NCBI GenBank assembly: GCA_012026655.1
Contig: JAAILG010000539.1
Span: 1-64,000, forward strand
Length of the DNA: 64,000 nucleotides
Reading direction: 5' to 3'
From: Hydrolagus affinis
Lineage: Eukaryota
A program made the translations under genes and the position numbers. Within the stretch, counting starts at the first letter, position 1. Each line of letters starts with the position of its first letter. Below the pieces are notes generated by a model. The model was not told where the DNA came from, ran no database searches, and was given only the letters and a program-made list of their open reading frames with translations. Below are positions 9,591 through 21,385 of this stretch, piece after piece.

Positions 9591-12523
9591 ATATTGCCAC
9601 GCAATCAACCACTCAATAATATTAGAAAACAATAAGCATTGCAGCATTAGATCAACAGCACTGCTTAATCAATTAGATGCAATTTGGAGCAAGAAATCCC
9701 AATCTAAATCTGGTGTCAAGATACACATCACTCTGCTGTTGGCAGTGAAACGAGTTCCCTTCTGACAGTATAAACTCAGACTAAGTGTTCTTTAAAGCTG
9801 CTGAAGTAGATCAATTTTGTTCCTCTGCAATTTTCTTTCTTTCCATTACTCTTACAGAGTAACAAACCTTGCTATTATTGCGTGTTGCTTTACTTAGCAA
9901 AAATCACTGAAATTGATAAGAGTCCATTTTTTTGCTCGCAAATTGCCATTTCAGTAGATTACATAACTAGCCTGTATAAGGATCTAGGAAACCAAATAGA
10001 ATTGCACTTAAGTTAACTTCTGTCTGCTTTCTTACCAACAAGGAGGAAATGAGTTATGCTAGAGCTTTAATGCAAAAGCTTTCACAAGGAACTATTTCTG
10101 TCCCAAGATGGAAGCGTAAGAATTTAATCATGTTGCATTTGAAGGCAGACTTAATGAGATCTTAAATCTGCTTTTTTGAGGTTTATATGTGCTTCACAAA
10201 ATTCTCTTTAGAAGATATGTTACTCAATGATCCCACTTCAGCAAAGAATTCAGTATGAAACTTATATATATTAAAAAAAACTACTTTTATCCACCTCAAG
10301 AAGACAAACTTGAAGTAATTAAGGTGAAAACTAATAAATCTAAGTTCTCAGGCACCAGGAGAAACATCGCAAAATTTTATAGCACGGAACATGCCATCAA
10401 CTGGGAGACTGCGATTTATATTCCTGACAACTCAGAGTAAGTGCTGTAAATTAATGCCCTTTGTACATTCAAAACCAAACCATTAACACTAGTCACTGAG
10501 TTGAGCAGTCCAGATCAATACATTTTCTATTCATCTCAAGCGGTCAGGTATTATATTGCCAGTCTTTTCATAGCACAATTGACAAAATTGTACAGAATTA
10601 TACCAGTTCTTCCAAATGCTCCACAATTTGAAACATATTCTAAACTAAGACTTAATTCTTTCATTCAAAGCTTTTTGGACCAAAAACCGCAGCTATGATC
10701 TGGTGTTGTCTTGAATAGTTCCTCGGGATTACAGGATATATTGATGGGAGCATGGCATTATGACCAACCAGAATAGATAATGTTAAATTAACTCTAAAAA
10801 TCCTGTATATTAGGAATCATCTCAAAAAGTTCTGGTTTGCATCTAAAATATACTCCGAATTTAGCTTTATTCACAGTGTAATACAGTACATCTTTTTGCA
10901 GTGCATATTTAAAGATGAGAAATGATTGGAAAAAAAGGTGCAGTCTCCACATAACAACATTTGCATACCATACAACTGGTATGAGCTATTTTCTGCAATT
11001 TATTTCAAAATGCTTATTTATTCTGCAAACATTCTGCCAATCATTTGCAGACAATTTACAGAAAACTGTATTTTAGGAAAACTATGCTTTTGCATGTAAT
11101 CCTGCAATTGACCCAGGCTAAAATACTGCAAGATGTTTGAAATGTTTCTGTGATGTTAAAACTCAAGGTAAGTAGGGCTACTATAAAATATGATCAGCAT
11201 AAATCTGTTCACAATCTGAGAATACCATGAATCAACTCTTACTTTATTCAGAAAGTTACCTGAAAATACCTGTGTTTACTCCATGATCGGTACATACTAA
11301 CTATTGATTTAGCTCTAACATTGCCAGATGAGGAGGCCTGGATGTGGAACAATATGTAAATGCACAACTTACCATTCACAATAAGAGCCCTTCAAATAAA
11401 TACAATGGATCTATGATGAAACAACAAGTGAAGTTAATTGATACAACTTCAAGTGTGGTACAACTCCAAACAATATACACTATTCTACTAGCTGGTACAT
11501 CAGCCTTGTGTTTAGTGATGCCAGCTGTTTGGTTAAGTGATTATTTTGACGTCTTATTTTGGTTTAATTATAAACCTTTCATTTCTTTATGTAAACCCAA
11601 TAGAATCTGAATATAATCAGATTATATTCACAAACGTGACTCTCATGTTACAATGCAAACAATATAACAATTTTTGTCCACGTTCACATTCGTTGTGGAG
11701 GACTAGATTGACATGTCAATGATTATTGTATGTTGAAATTACGATGGCTAAAACCAAATACCGTTCAACTGGATTTACAGCTTCAAAACACAGAAAAAAT
11801 AAACTTTTGCTAAATGGGGAGAAAGTTAGAATAGGAATGTGGACAACGACTTTTCAGTCACTGCAATATCTGACTCCAAAATAGAAGATGTAAGCATGAA
11901 TCTTGGCCTAGCTTCACTGAGGAATATATATTTCAGCATGTTCGGTAGTGCTGGAGTGCAAATTCCTGCATTCTTCACGGGTAATTTTTTTTATCAATCA
12001 AGTACCAATAGCAACATATAGAACAATGTCTATAAACTGGAAGTGAGCTATGAGAAATGCCACAAGCACAGTCAAAGCCTTACCACTTCTTGCAAGGAGA
12101 TTGTGCTTTTTTGGTTGATGTCAGAAGTCCCTGGTGTAAACTAATGTTAATGGGAGGTAAGTGTTGAGAAAGATAAAATGGATGCTTAGCCACATGTGGT
12201 TCAGTTGTTTAGTTGACAATTTAATATGTCTTTTCTAGTTAGGATGTGTGAAGATCATTTTTCAATACTGTATGTGGCATAAAGAGGTCAAAATCCAGTC
12301 ATTTATTATTTTAAAAATAAGTTTGCTTGTGATAACTCTGTGATTGTTGTGATTCTTGGAACAATTCAGGGGCTTGTGCATATGGTGGGGTGGGGGGAGT
12401 GGTGGGGGGTAGTGAGTTCTGTAGCTCAGTGGTTAGACCATTTGCCTTACAAGCATGAGACCTGTGTTTGAATCCAGGCAGGGCAAAACCTTGGACAAGA
12501 TTCCTTACTTCACATGCCTAAGA

Positions 12524-13099
12524 CAGTAAAAGCCCGTTTATACGACACTCACAATGGAGGATGCCGTGCGGGTGAAAAAAACAGCGTGACTTTAAAGTCG
12601 CACGACTTTACCAGTGGCAAGACTCTACTAGCGGCAAACTGATATCCCTAGACTCTACTAGCGGCAAGCCGATAACCCTAGACTCTATTAGAGGCAAACC
12701 AAAATACTACACATAAACAATAATGTGGGTTATCGGCTAGGGTTATTGGCTTGCCGCTAGGAAGGCTTTAAAGTCGCACTCTGTTTTTTTCACCCGCTTA
12801 GCGTCCTCCATTTTAAAAAGTATCGCTGGACTATAAACCTCAACCTCAGGTCTCAACCGCAGCATCATGGCTTCAAGCGCAGCATCTGCCAGTAAAGGTG
12901 AGAAGCACAAGAGAGTAGTTTTAACAATAAGTACCAATACAATATTCTGTTATTATCTGTTATTATTTATGCATTTACAAATGCTCTACCGCTATTGTTC
13001 CGGATAAGTTCTGGTTTATCGAATGGGGACTTTTTTTTTGGCGTGTTGGTTTTACGGAAGTGCCGGTTCATCGAGTCATGGATAAATGAGCTTCTATTG
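12524..13099 (+). mobile_element. Non-autonomous TcMar-pogo/Tigger element with a Jerky-like transposase N-terminal remnant
   Basis: TIRs: CAGTAAAAGCCCGTTTATAC versus reverse complement CAATAGAAGCTCATTTATCC (15/20 identical). TA follows the right end. The ATG at 12867 gives MASSAASASKGEKHKRVVLTI. Confidence 0.85.
12621..12700 (+). repeat. 30-bp tandem repeat, about 2.7 copies
   Basis: GACTCTACTAGCGGCAAACTGATATCCCTA / GACTCTACTAGCGGCAAGCCGATAACCCTA / GACTCTATTAGAGGCAAACC. Confidence 0.9.
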
Positions 13100-14881
13100 T
13101 AATAATCCCTAAAAATATAGTGACACCCATCACAGTTAGCATGTTTCTCTCTCTAGTGTCTGATACCTCCTGGATACCTCAGTCTGTTACATTTTTGTTG
13201 CACAAACCAAACTCGGAAGAGAAAAAACAATTACGCTTGTATAGCGCCTTTTCACATCAGGAAGATGTCCAGCCATAGAAATTACAGGCGTTTCTTGAAA
13301 ATTACATAAAAACAGTTGCAAATAGAAATTTTATACAATTTTATTGTGTTTGGTCTTCAAATGTTTACCAATCACCTCAACCAATCTTCCATAGAAGTGT
13401 TCTTAACAATTTTGAGTATCTATTGTATAAAGAAGCAGTCAAAGCAAAGTTTCCAGTAAAAAAGAATGTTTACATTTTATTGTATTGGAAGAATGTATTA
13501 CTATTTTACCGAAAGGCACAGATTTGGAGGGAAAAACAGTCTCTTAGAATAAATGGAATTTCAGTTGATGTTTCTGATAAATTATAAATACAAAATTTTA
13601 CTTTGAGAGCTCGAGCGTTGTATGGAATGTAAGAATTCTGCTTAGTTAATTTGTCCCATGCAGTCTGGAGAATGAAAAGGCTTTCGCATAATTTCTCCAT
13701 CCACTTATTTTGTATTTCGATTCAACAAGTTGAGGCACCAATAATAATTTTACAGTATAATGCTCCAGGTCTTAGAAATGGAACCAAGCATTTCAAAGGC
13801 ATTAAATACAACACTGCCATACCCCAGTGACACATCCCTTCTATCAATGAGCTCTGAGGAGGACGTTTTCTAAATGTAATTGAAGAAACGGCAAAGGTCA
13901 ACACCAGGTTACATAGTGTTAGTGCCATCACAGCTGCAGCCGATTCTTTCCATATTGAACCAATCTTCTTGCAATGAAAACGTGTAAGTAATATTTTTTC
14001 CCCTGGATACTTAAAAACAGCTTGATAAAATCCCTTCCATGAAAAGCTGACCAGTCATGTGTCCCTAAGCTGTTGTAATTCCTGTTGCTTGGTTGATCTG
14101 CATATGTGGATATCTTTCCTTCAGTCGACATGTTTAGGGTTCTCTAATGAATACGGCTAACGGCTTACGGCTGCCTCAATTGTCATCTCTTTTTCTTTCT
14201 GTCACTTCTTTGCCCTTAAGGGCCCTAACATCTTTAAAATAGGCCTCCTGGCCTGCATTTAACTGCCTTGTCCAAAGGGGTCTGAAGGGTACAACAGATC
14301 AAAGGTGCGCTGGCGACATAAAGAGCAGCTGTCCTTCATTTACCTTTAATTAAGTACATCTGACCAAAGAGGCTTTTAGGCCTCCTTTGTCACCCTTTTA
14401 TTCACCTAATATCACAGCCCTATCTCACAATAGCTAAACGCTTTCATTAGTTTTTGATTGTGCTTCATTTCAAAGTAGTCCAAACCTCCTGATTGAGGCT
14501 AAAGTGGAAAAAAAGTACAAGATCATCTTAACAGCAGCAGAGTCTTACCTTCCCACCAAGGACATATATAATGACTTCTATGTTGTTAGTGCAGCAGCCT
14601 ATTGTTTAAAATAGCAACCTCTTGCCTTATTATGAGAATCCTGTGTGTAGATAAGATGTTCAGTAACTTGTCCATACAATGCATTTTGCTACCAACATCT
14701 AGATCAGATTTGTTTTATGAAAGGAAAAATCTGTGAAACCAGAAAGATTCCTGGTCCACACTGTTTCCTGGAAAAATACAAAAAAAAATCACGTTTCCAC
14801 CCCTCTTCCCACAATATTTTATGTATTTCATAGGATCAAGTTCAGTTTTGGGTTCATTAGAAATGAGATGAGAAGCATTAC

Positions 14882-14958
14882 CAGTGCCTTGGGACATCCT
14901 CTCAACGTGAAAGGCGTTTTACAAATGTAATTTTGTTGTTGTTCTTCTTGTTGTTGTT
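14882..14958 (+). mobile_element. L2 extreme 3' tail
   Basis: CAGTGCCTTGGGACATCCTCTCAACGTGAAAGGCGTTTTACAAATGTAATTTTG(TTG)n. Confidence 0.8.
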
Positions 14959-15109
14959 AACACCCAAGCTCGTCCACAACACTTGAACATCAAGTGAAGC
15001 TCTAAATTAACAAAAAGCAGCCTTTGCTTAGGTTCATCTCAGAGTTATGTTGTTCCTTCACAAAGTAGGAAGCTAATTCAATCATTACTTCTCAATTGAA
15101 AGAGGGAAT

Positions 15110-15375
15110 AGTGCTTTCACATCATCCCATCCTTTAAATGAGATTTTAAATGAGACTTTAGATGGCATTTCCTTATTCCTTGTTAAAGATCCCTTGATAT
15201 AATTTGAAAAGTCCCGGTATCCTGGTCAACAAACATCCAGAGAGATTGGTGATTTATTTCAGATTGTTTGTAGGACTTTACTGTGTGCAAAATAGCTGCT
15301 GGTTTTGACTGATTACCTGTGATGTTCTTTCAGATACTTTGACTCGATAAAGGTCTGTAAAAAATGAAAATTCCT
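15110..15375 (+). mobile_element. Degenerate DeuSINE
   Basis: TAAAGATCCC...GGTATCCTGGTCAACA...TGTTTGTAGGAC..ACTGTGTGCAAAATAGCTGCT. Confidence 0.6.
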
Positions 15376-16662
15376 TGTTCTTCAGAAGAGTTCAAGATCC
15401 ACAGATCTGATAAAGTCGTTAAGCTTTGGAAATTTATTCATAGTAACGATCAAAATCCCATCTATTTGAACTGTGGGTTTCGATGAGTTCTGATCATTCT
15501 GATCAGCCACCATTCCCGGGAGGCTCTTCAATCCAAGTTCTGAAACATTAAATGTCATTGATATATTGTATTTACATTGAATCGATGTATATCTGTTACT
15601 GGGGTCACAGTATTTGTTTTATTTACATTGCGCCGATTTAGCACGACACTGGGTGAAAATCACATTACACCATACCAATAGCCAGTATCTGCTTTGTGCT
15701 TTGCCTGAATGGCAAATGGAAACACAACTTAAAAATAAAAAATAATTTCCTGTAACATTGCTGTTTTAATCACTTCCAACAAAATCTGTCAGCAGTGCTA
15801 ATGACTTGATTATCATTTGGTGCAGTCTCCTTCACAAGCCTCCACATGTGAACTTCTAACATTTTGACAATCTCAAAGGGTACTGGAATCTAGAGGAACC
15901 ATAGCTAAATTTGCAAGCTGAGCAATATACTTTGTGTTTTGAAGGGACCATCCATCATTCCCCAAATATTTGAAATTGCTCAAAAAGTTCATTTGACAGT
16001 ATGCTTCACGTCAAAGGATGGTCATAATAATATCACATGCATGACCAGGTATGATGTGCCTAAATAAATACTGTTCTACTACACTAAATCAAATATGAAT
16101 ATATTTGTGGAGTAGATTCCAGGCAGTGTGCCTTGAAAGAACATGTTTTAAAAATCCTTTTTATTTAAAAATACTAAATTTAATTCTCCCCCTCTCTCGC
16201 GCCCCAAATGGTTAACAGATTGGGTTCAATCCATGATAGTTTGATGAAATTAAATCTCCTTACTCTCTCTCAAGTTAAAATGCCTCGATGAATTGTGTGT
16301 GTGAAGTCACTTGCTGAAACAATGCCACAAAGTTGCTCTTAATTTTGCTTCAATAAACATTTAATCTGAAAATTAATTCACCCACCATTCCACAAATACA
16401 CAGTTGGTATACTTTGCAGTAAAATCCTGTGAATTGCTTTGAGAATCCTCCTGACGTGAAATGCGCTATATAAATATAAGCATTTAATTTTAATCCCTTC
16501 TGTCTCATGTATGCATCAAGTTTCGTCTTAAAAGAAAAAAGATGGCGGATTGCTTCTTTAAGATGATCTCACAAAAAACAGTTCCCAAAAGTTTGCTTTG
16601 AATATTTTTTTAAATGGAAAGAACATACATGTATGCCAAGTATATCAATGTATAAAAATAGC

Positions 16663-17001
16663 AATAATAATAATTCTTACATTTGATACGGCCTTTCACA
16701 TCAGGAGGACATTTCAAAATGGTTCAAAAGATATGGTGTATAGTGTAAAGTGTGTTGTCTGTTTCGTGGGTAAGTGTTTCTCCCAATTTGCACATAGCAA
16801 TGTCCCACAAACAGCCATAGAATGAGTGTCTCATCCTAAGGACAGCACATCCAACAATGAGACACCCCACCACTCCCCACCCCAGTTCTGCCTTGTAGCG
16901 TCAGTTTAGACTATATGAGTTCCAAGTGCCGACATGAGACTTGGTGAACCCACAATCTTCTGGCTCAGAGGACAAAATGCTACCAATTGATCTAGGCTGA
17001 C
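16663..17001 (-). mobile_element. DeuSINE with tRNA head and an internal deletion
   Basis: (TAA)n tail at 16663, Deu 3' part CAATTTGCACATAGCAATGTCCCACAAACAGC, head GAACCCACAATCTTCTGGCTCAGAGG...TGCTACCAATTGA. Confidence 0.8.
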
Positions 17002-17345
17002 AGATTGCTGGCAACATAGGTGAACTCAGCTGTGTTTATTTAACTCTGTTTTAGCAAGGACCTGCATTATAGATGTTGAGTGTTTTTGGCAATATCTACA
17101 GCAGCTTGCTTTTAGTTATTTTCTCTCTCTCCCACTCTCTCTAAGCTCTGCATTTAAATAATATGGGACCGATTCAACTCTTATAAAGGAGCAGACAGTC
17201 TGAATCTCTTTTAATTGAGCTTGTGTTTCAGTTTGGAGCAAGAAGATCACATTGCGAGTTGAAAGCAACTTGAGTAAGACAGCAAGACTGATCATTTTTG
17301 GTTGTTTCCATGGCTACCGCTGAAGGCCTTGAAACAAAATTATAT

Positions 17346-17585
17346 TAATAATAATTCTTGCATTTGATATAGCGCTTTTTCACGTCTTCTGGATGTCTCA
17401 AAGCGCTTCACGGAATACACGGTAAAGTGAATTGACTGTATGTTTTGTGGGCGAAACGCGACAGTGTCCCACAAAAAGTGGTGGACTGAAGTGACCGATT
17501 TATTAATGTTTTTTTTGAGGGATTATTCTCAGGCGTGTTGGAGTAAGGAAACTTGCCTAAAGTTTCATCCTGCCTGGAATATTCT
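17346..17585 (-). mobile_element. Short tRNA-SINE, 5'-truncated
   Basis: High similarity to 34074-34414 (tail, and GGCGTGT.GGAGTAAGGAAACTTGCC). Confidence 0.85.
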
Positions 17586-17808
17586 TCAGAAACTACACGT
17601 TAAAGTGTTATCATAACACATAAAAAATAAAAGCTGTCATGAAGTGAAATAAAGTAGTCAATTGGTGCATTTAAATTAATCAGTTCAGGTCAATACCGGT
17701 AACTGGACAGGCTTTATAATTTATAGGAAGCATCCTTCAAAAAGTCAACACATGGGGCATGATTCCACACATTGCATTTTGTGTTGTAAATACAAAAGCG
17801 TGCAACTT

Positions 17809-17935
17809 ATAATAATAATAAACCTTACATTTGAGAAATCTCAAAACACTTCACAGAAGATACTGTCAAATGAATTGCCTGTGCATTTTGTAGGTGAAAC
17901 GCAGCAGTCAATTGGGGCACTCTCACAGAGCAACA
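17809..17935 (-). mobile_element. SINE 3' fragment
   Basis: (TAA)n...CTTCACAGAAGATACTGTCAAATGAATTG...GGTGAAACGCAGCAGTCAATTG. Confidence 0.7.
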
Positions 17936-18189
17936 CGCCTGAGAAAGATTGGCTAAAGGCAGAACTAAACCAGGACTACAAGTAACATTTTAAAAATATA
18001 TTGGCAGCAACACACTTGACTTCATCTCAGAGCCGCATGAAACTGGCATTCTGCGAACATTTATATTCTGGAGCCCTAATGGATCTCTTGCCCATCACAG
18101 TTTAGTAACACACAATGGTCTCAGCACTGATTAATGCTGGCTGTATTTGGGTGCTCATGGACCAGTGGATGAAACAGTTTTTTGAAATA

Positions 18190-18972
18190 TCACAGGATCA
18201 TAAGAGAGTTACTGTCGAAGAAGGCCCTTGGTTCCATTTGATCTCATCCTTACAGCATAACCACCATGCTGTCTTCCCCATTTCAGCATCAAACTGTTTC
18301 TTCGATCAGTCCAATGCCCTGGCCTCTGCTGCTCTTCCTGGTAGCCTGTCCCAGCTATTAATTACCCTCAGTGTAAAGAATTACTCTACAGAGTCTGTCC
18401 TGATATTTTGCTTCACAACCCTTAACGTGTATTGTCTTTTCTTGATGCCTTGATATATCTGCATATAAAGTATATATTTAAAAAATACAGGTTTACTTTA
18501 TCCCATTTAGTATTGTCTGGACTTCTAAAAGCTCTGCTGAGATAATAATAATTCTTGCATTTGACACCTTCATATCATGTTTTCAAGATGTCTCAAAGTG
18601 TTTCACAATATATATTGTAAAGTGAATTGACCTGCTGCGTTTCACCCAATTGCACACAGCAATATCCCATAAATGATTGTGGATTGTGTGACTGAATTAT
18701 TATTATGTTTTTAAGGGATTATTACCCCTCCCCGTCCCCCCCCCCACCCCCACCACCACATAGAAATCTGCCAATTGACTAATAACCAGATTCCTACTAA
18801 CAGCTCGGTAAAGAGAAGTGCTAGGAAAAGTGGAGTGAGGAAACCTGACTAAAATTTCACCCTGCTCAGGAATCATACCCAAGGTCCTCGTGTTTGCCAT
18901 GCAAGTACTCTAACCAATATGCTACAAGACTCTTCTGAAGGCTGAATAGCCCTAGGTTTCCTTGTCAAGTTT
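18190..18972 (-). mobile_element. CR1 LINE 3' end, split by a SINE
   Basis: The minus strand encodes FTLRVINSWDRLPGRAAEARALD (about 18310-18380) and, beyond the SINE, NLGLFSLQK (about 18932-18960). Both are CR1 ORF2 C-terminal motifs. Confidence 0.8.
18542..18932 (-). mobile_element. Full-length tRNA-SINE (longer variant)
   Basis: (TAA)n tail, Deu 3' remnant, and head ...CAAGTACTCTAACCAATATGCTACAAGACTC. Confidence 0.8.
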
Positions 18973-19844
18973 GCTATATTGTGCGAAGCCCGTTCTGCAT
19001 TGGCACACAAATCGTGCGAAGGCCCAATGGAAATGCATTTAAACTATTTTGTATATAATTCCTTGATGACACAAACTTCCACAACCAAATATAAAGTGCT
19101 GTGTGTGGGCTGTGTAAATAAAAGGGACACAGTTTAATAGTGTGGGAACCGACTGAAAGAAACACTGTAATTGCAGTGCTCCCCTAATCTCTTTTCAAAT
19201 ACCATTTAGCTGATTAAACTGGATACCTAATTGTTCATATGATGGTTTGTTAGCATACTTATGTGATTCCCACTGGAGTTCTCCATTCCCTTTGATCAGT
19301 GCTTTAACAATAATTTTATCTTAAGGCAGCTTCAAAAAACATTTTAATTTTGACATGTATGAATTATGTGAATGCTGGTATGTATTATAATGAGTGTTGC
19401 CCCTGTAAGCATGCACAGAGCATTTTTGTGCCAAATACCTATTATTCTGTAAAGGCATATATGAAGATCTGTACAGATAATTGTTCTGGAATACACACAA
19501 GACTCTTAATTCCCTATTTTTCTGCTTTGATTCTGCAAACAGATCCCTTGTTCTAACACTCCTATCCATCATGTGGCAATTTAACTGAGCATTTCCTATA
19601 TGACAGGTGGTAGTAGCCTTGTTCCATTATTTTGATATTTACATATTTACTCTCTGAATCTTTGGCCACAATATTTCAGTATTCACTGGACATTATTATG
19701 AAGCTATATTCTGTCCTATGTCTACCACTAATTACTATTAATATTTCCTATAAGTCCATGTGGAAAATAATATTAGCAGAGACTTACAGTAAATAGGTTT
19801 TAATAGTTTAAATTTGCTGGTTACCAAATTATGAATATAAAACA

Positions 19845-20082
19845 TTTCACTATCCAATGACACTATTCGAAAAGAGACAGGAGTTTCTCTAGGTATCTTG
19901 GCAAACAAACAACCCCACAATTAAATTGGTCATTCACTACATAGCTGTTTGTGGGACATTGCTGTGTGCACATTAATGCTGGATTTGCTTACATAATTTC
20001 CTGTGGAGCGCTTTCAGATGCCTTCCCGATGTGAAAGACCCTATAATTAATGTAAATATTATTTATTTATTTATTTATTATT
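19845..20082 (+). mobile_element. DeuSINE 3' half
   Basis: CACTATTCGAAAAGAGACAGGAGTTTCTCTAGGTATCTTGGC...GCTGTTTGTGGGACATTGCTGTGTGCA...GAGCGCTTTCAGATG. Confidence 0.8.
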
Positions 20083-20234
20083 GTGTCTTTGACAATCTTG
20101 AACAGAGTTTGTTTTGAACCTTCACTAATTCCCTCTCAGTCACTGATCATTTAAGAATAAAGAAAGGGCTCGCTTGATATCCTTGGGGATAAATCCACCA
20201 TCCCGGGTGCCACTAAGTTGTGCAGACAACTAGG

Positions 20235-20940
20235 CTACAGGTTCAATTTCTGGTCTGTGCTGAGTTATCTGCTCTTCACCAAGCAGTAGATTGGGGTGCT
20301 ACAGTTCAGCTCAGTGCTCCCGGGCTAAGGAGAAGAAAATAAGCCAGGCTTCCTGTTCCTGATCACTATCCAGTGATCCCTGCTGGAAGGCGCATACATG
20401 TGGATATTAAGTGAGAATAGGATCAGGTTTGGTTGTGCTCCTCCCCCTCCCACTCCCCTCAGTTAAATAATAATACTTGCATTTGATATGGAGCCTGAGC
20501 ACGTCTTTGAGACATCTCAAAGTGCATCACAGAAGATAGTGTAAAGTCAATTGACTGCGTGTTTGTGGGGAAATGTGGCAGTCAATTGCACACAGCAGTG
20601 TCCCACAAACAGTCATGGATTGTGTCACTAAATTCTTATTGTTTTTTTTTAAAAAGCGATTATTACTCCCAGAAATGTGATTAGCCAACTGAATAACATC
20701 TGAGTTCCTATTTACTGCTAGGTAAACATAGGCTCGTAGAGTATGGAAACTTGCCTATCATTCTACCCTGCCTGGGCATCAAACCCAGGTCCTCTCATTT
20801 GCGAGCCGAGTGCTCTAACCGATACACTACAGCATTCCACTAAAATAAATAGGATCACTCTCTAGACTTCAAGGTCAAGAACAGCTGGTTGCGTGAGGTT
20901 ATGGAGGCCCCAGCTCCGGTGAAAGTGTACGCCAACTGAA
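20235..20940 (+). mobile_element. Ancient tRNA-SINE-like repeat (AmnSINE2-like by recall), interrupted by a younger SINE
   Basis: GGTCTGTGCTGAGTTA...CTCAGTGCTCCCGGGCTAAGGAG...CCTGATCACTATCCAGTGATCCCTGCTGGAAG...GGATCAGGTTTGGTTGTG. A homologous copy lies at 24915-25195. The family name is from memory. Confidence 0.6.
20466..20838 (-). mobile_element. Full-length tRNA-SINE (longer variant)
   Basis: Tail, Deu remnant, CTATTTACTGCTAGGTAAACA segment, and head GAGTGCTCTAACCGATACACTAC. Confidence 0.85.
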
Positions 20941-21075
20941 ATTACTAACTTAAAAGTATTTTCATCTGTAATGTAGTCACAGATAAACAGACATTCAGCA
21001 AGTGGTACATCTGATGGGCAAATTGCTGCTCCACTGGAGGCAGGTAGGTTGGACTGTAACCAGAACCCTTTACAT

Positions 21076-21385
21076 AAGACCATAAGAATTTGCTAGGCAA
21101 AAAAAGACCAGGATCCATCTAGTTTGCCTTCCACCATCCTGGCAATTGCATTGCCGTGTCCCAAACTATTTGGCCGAGTGGCCTACTCCAGTTCCTAATT
21201 CTTATGTTCTACATATCGTATCCCGGGATATTATTTCCTAACATAAATCAATCTAATATGTATCTAAGAATGAACAATTTCAACTTCCACTGACTCCCTT
21301 TAGAGCTTGTTTCATATGTTTAGTTCTGTACTTGCTCACTGAAGAAGTGTTTCCACAGGTTTGATCTGAATATACCCCACTTCAA
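21076..21385 (-). mobile_element. CR1 LINE 3' end
   Basis: Minus-strand FRSNLWKHFFSE motif at about 21335-21372, with a CR1-like 3' UTR (CATAAGAA...GACCAGGATCCATCTAGTTTGCC). Confidence 0.65.

Larger units (their letters stand above)
12414..13115 (+). mobile_element. tRNA-SINE 5' half interrupted by a DNA transposon
   Basis: A-box TAGCTCAGTGG and B-box-like GTTTGAATCC, then ...TTCCTTACTTCACATGCCTAA[insertion]TAATAATCC. Colinear with the intact copy at 34074-34414. Confidence 0.8.

Noticed and set aside
10255-10440. ORF with KSKF...FYSTEHAINW, reminiscent of the CR1 C-terminus
   Set aside because: Probably a very old CR1 relic, but too degenerate to delimit.
12384-12410. G-rich run with G-quadruplex potential
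   Set aside because: A low-complexity tract next to a SINE with no evidence of function.
12621-12700. 30-bp repeats as a CRISPR-like array
   Set aside because: Head-to-tail tandem units without unique spacers, inside a eukaryotic transposon.
13506-13931. Minus-strand PPQSSLIEGM ... TAWDKLT as a pogo DDD-domain relic
   Set aside because: The spacing is plausible but similarity is too weak without a profile search.
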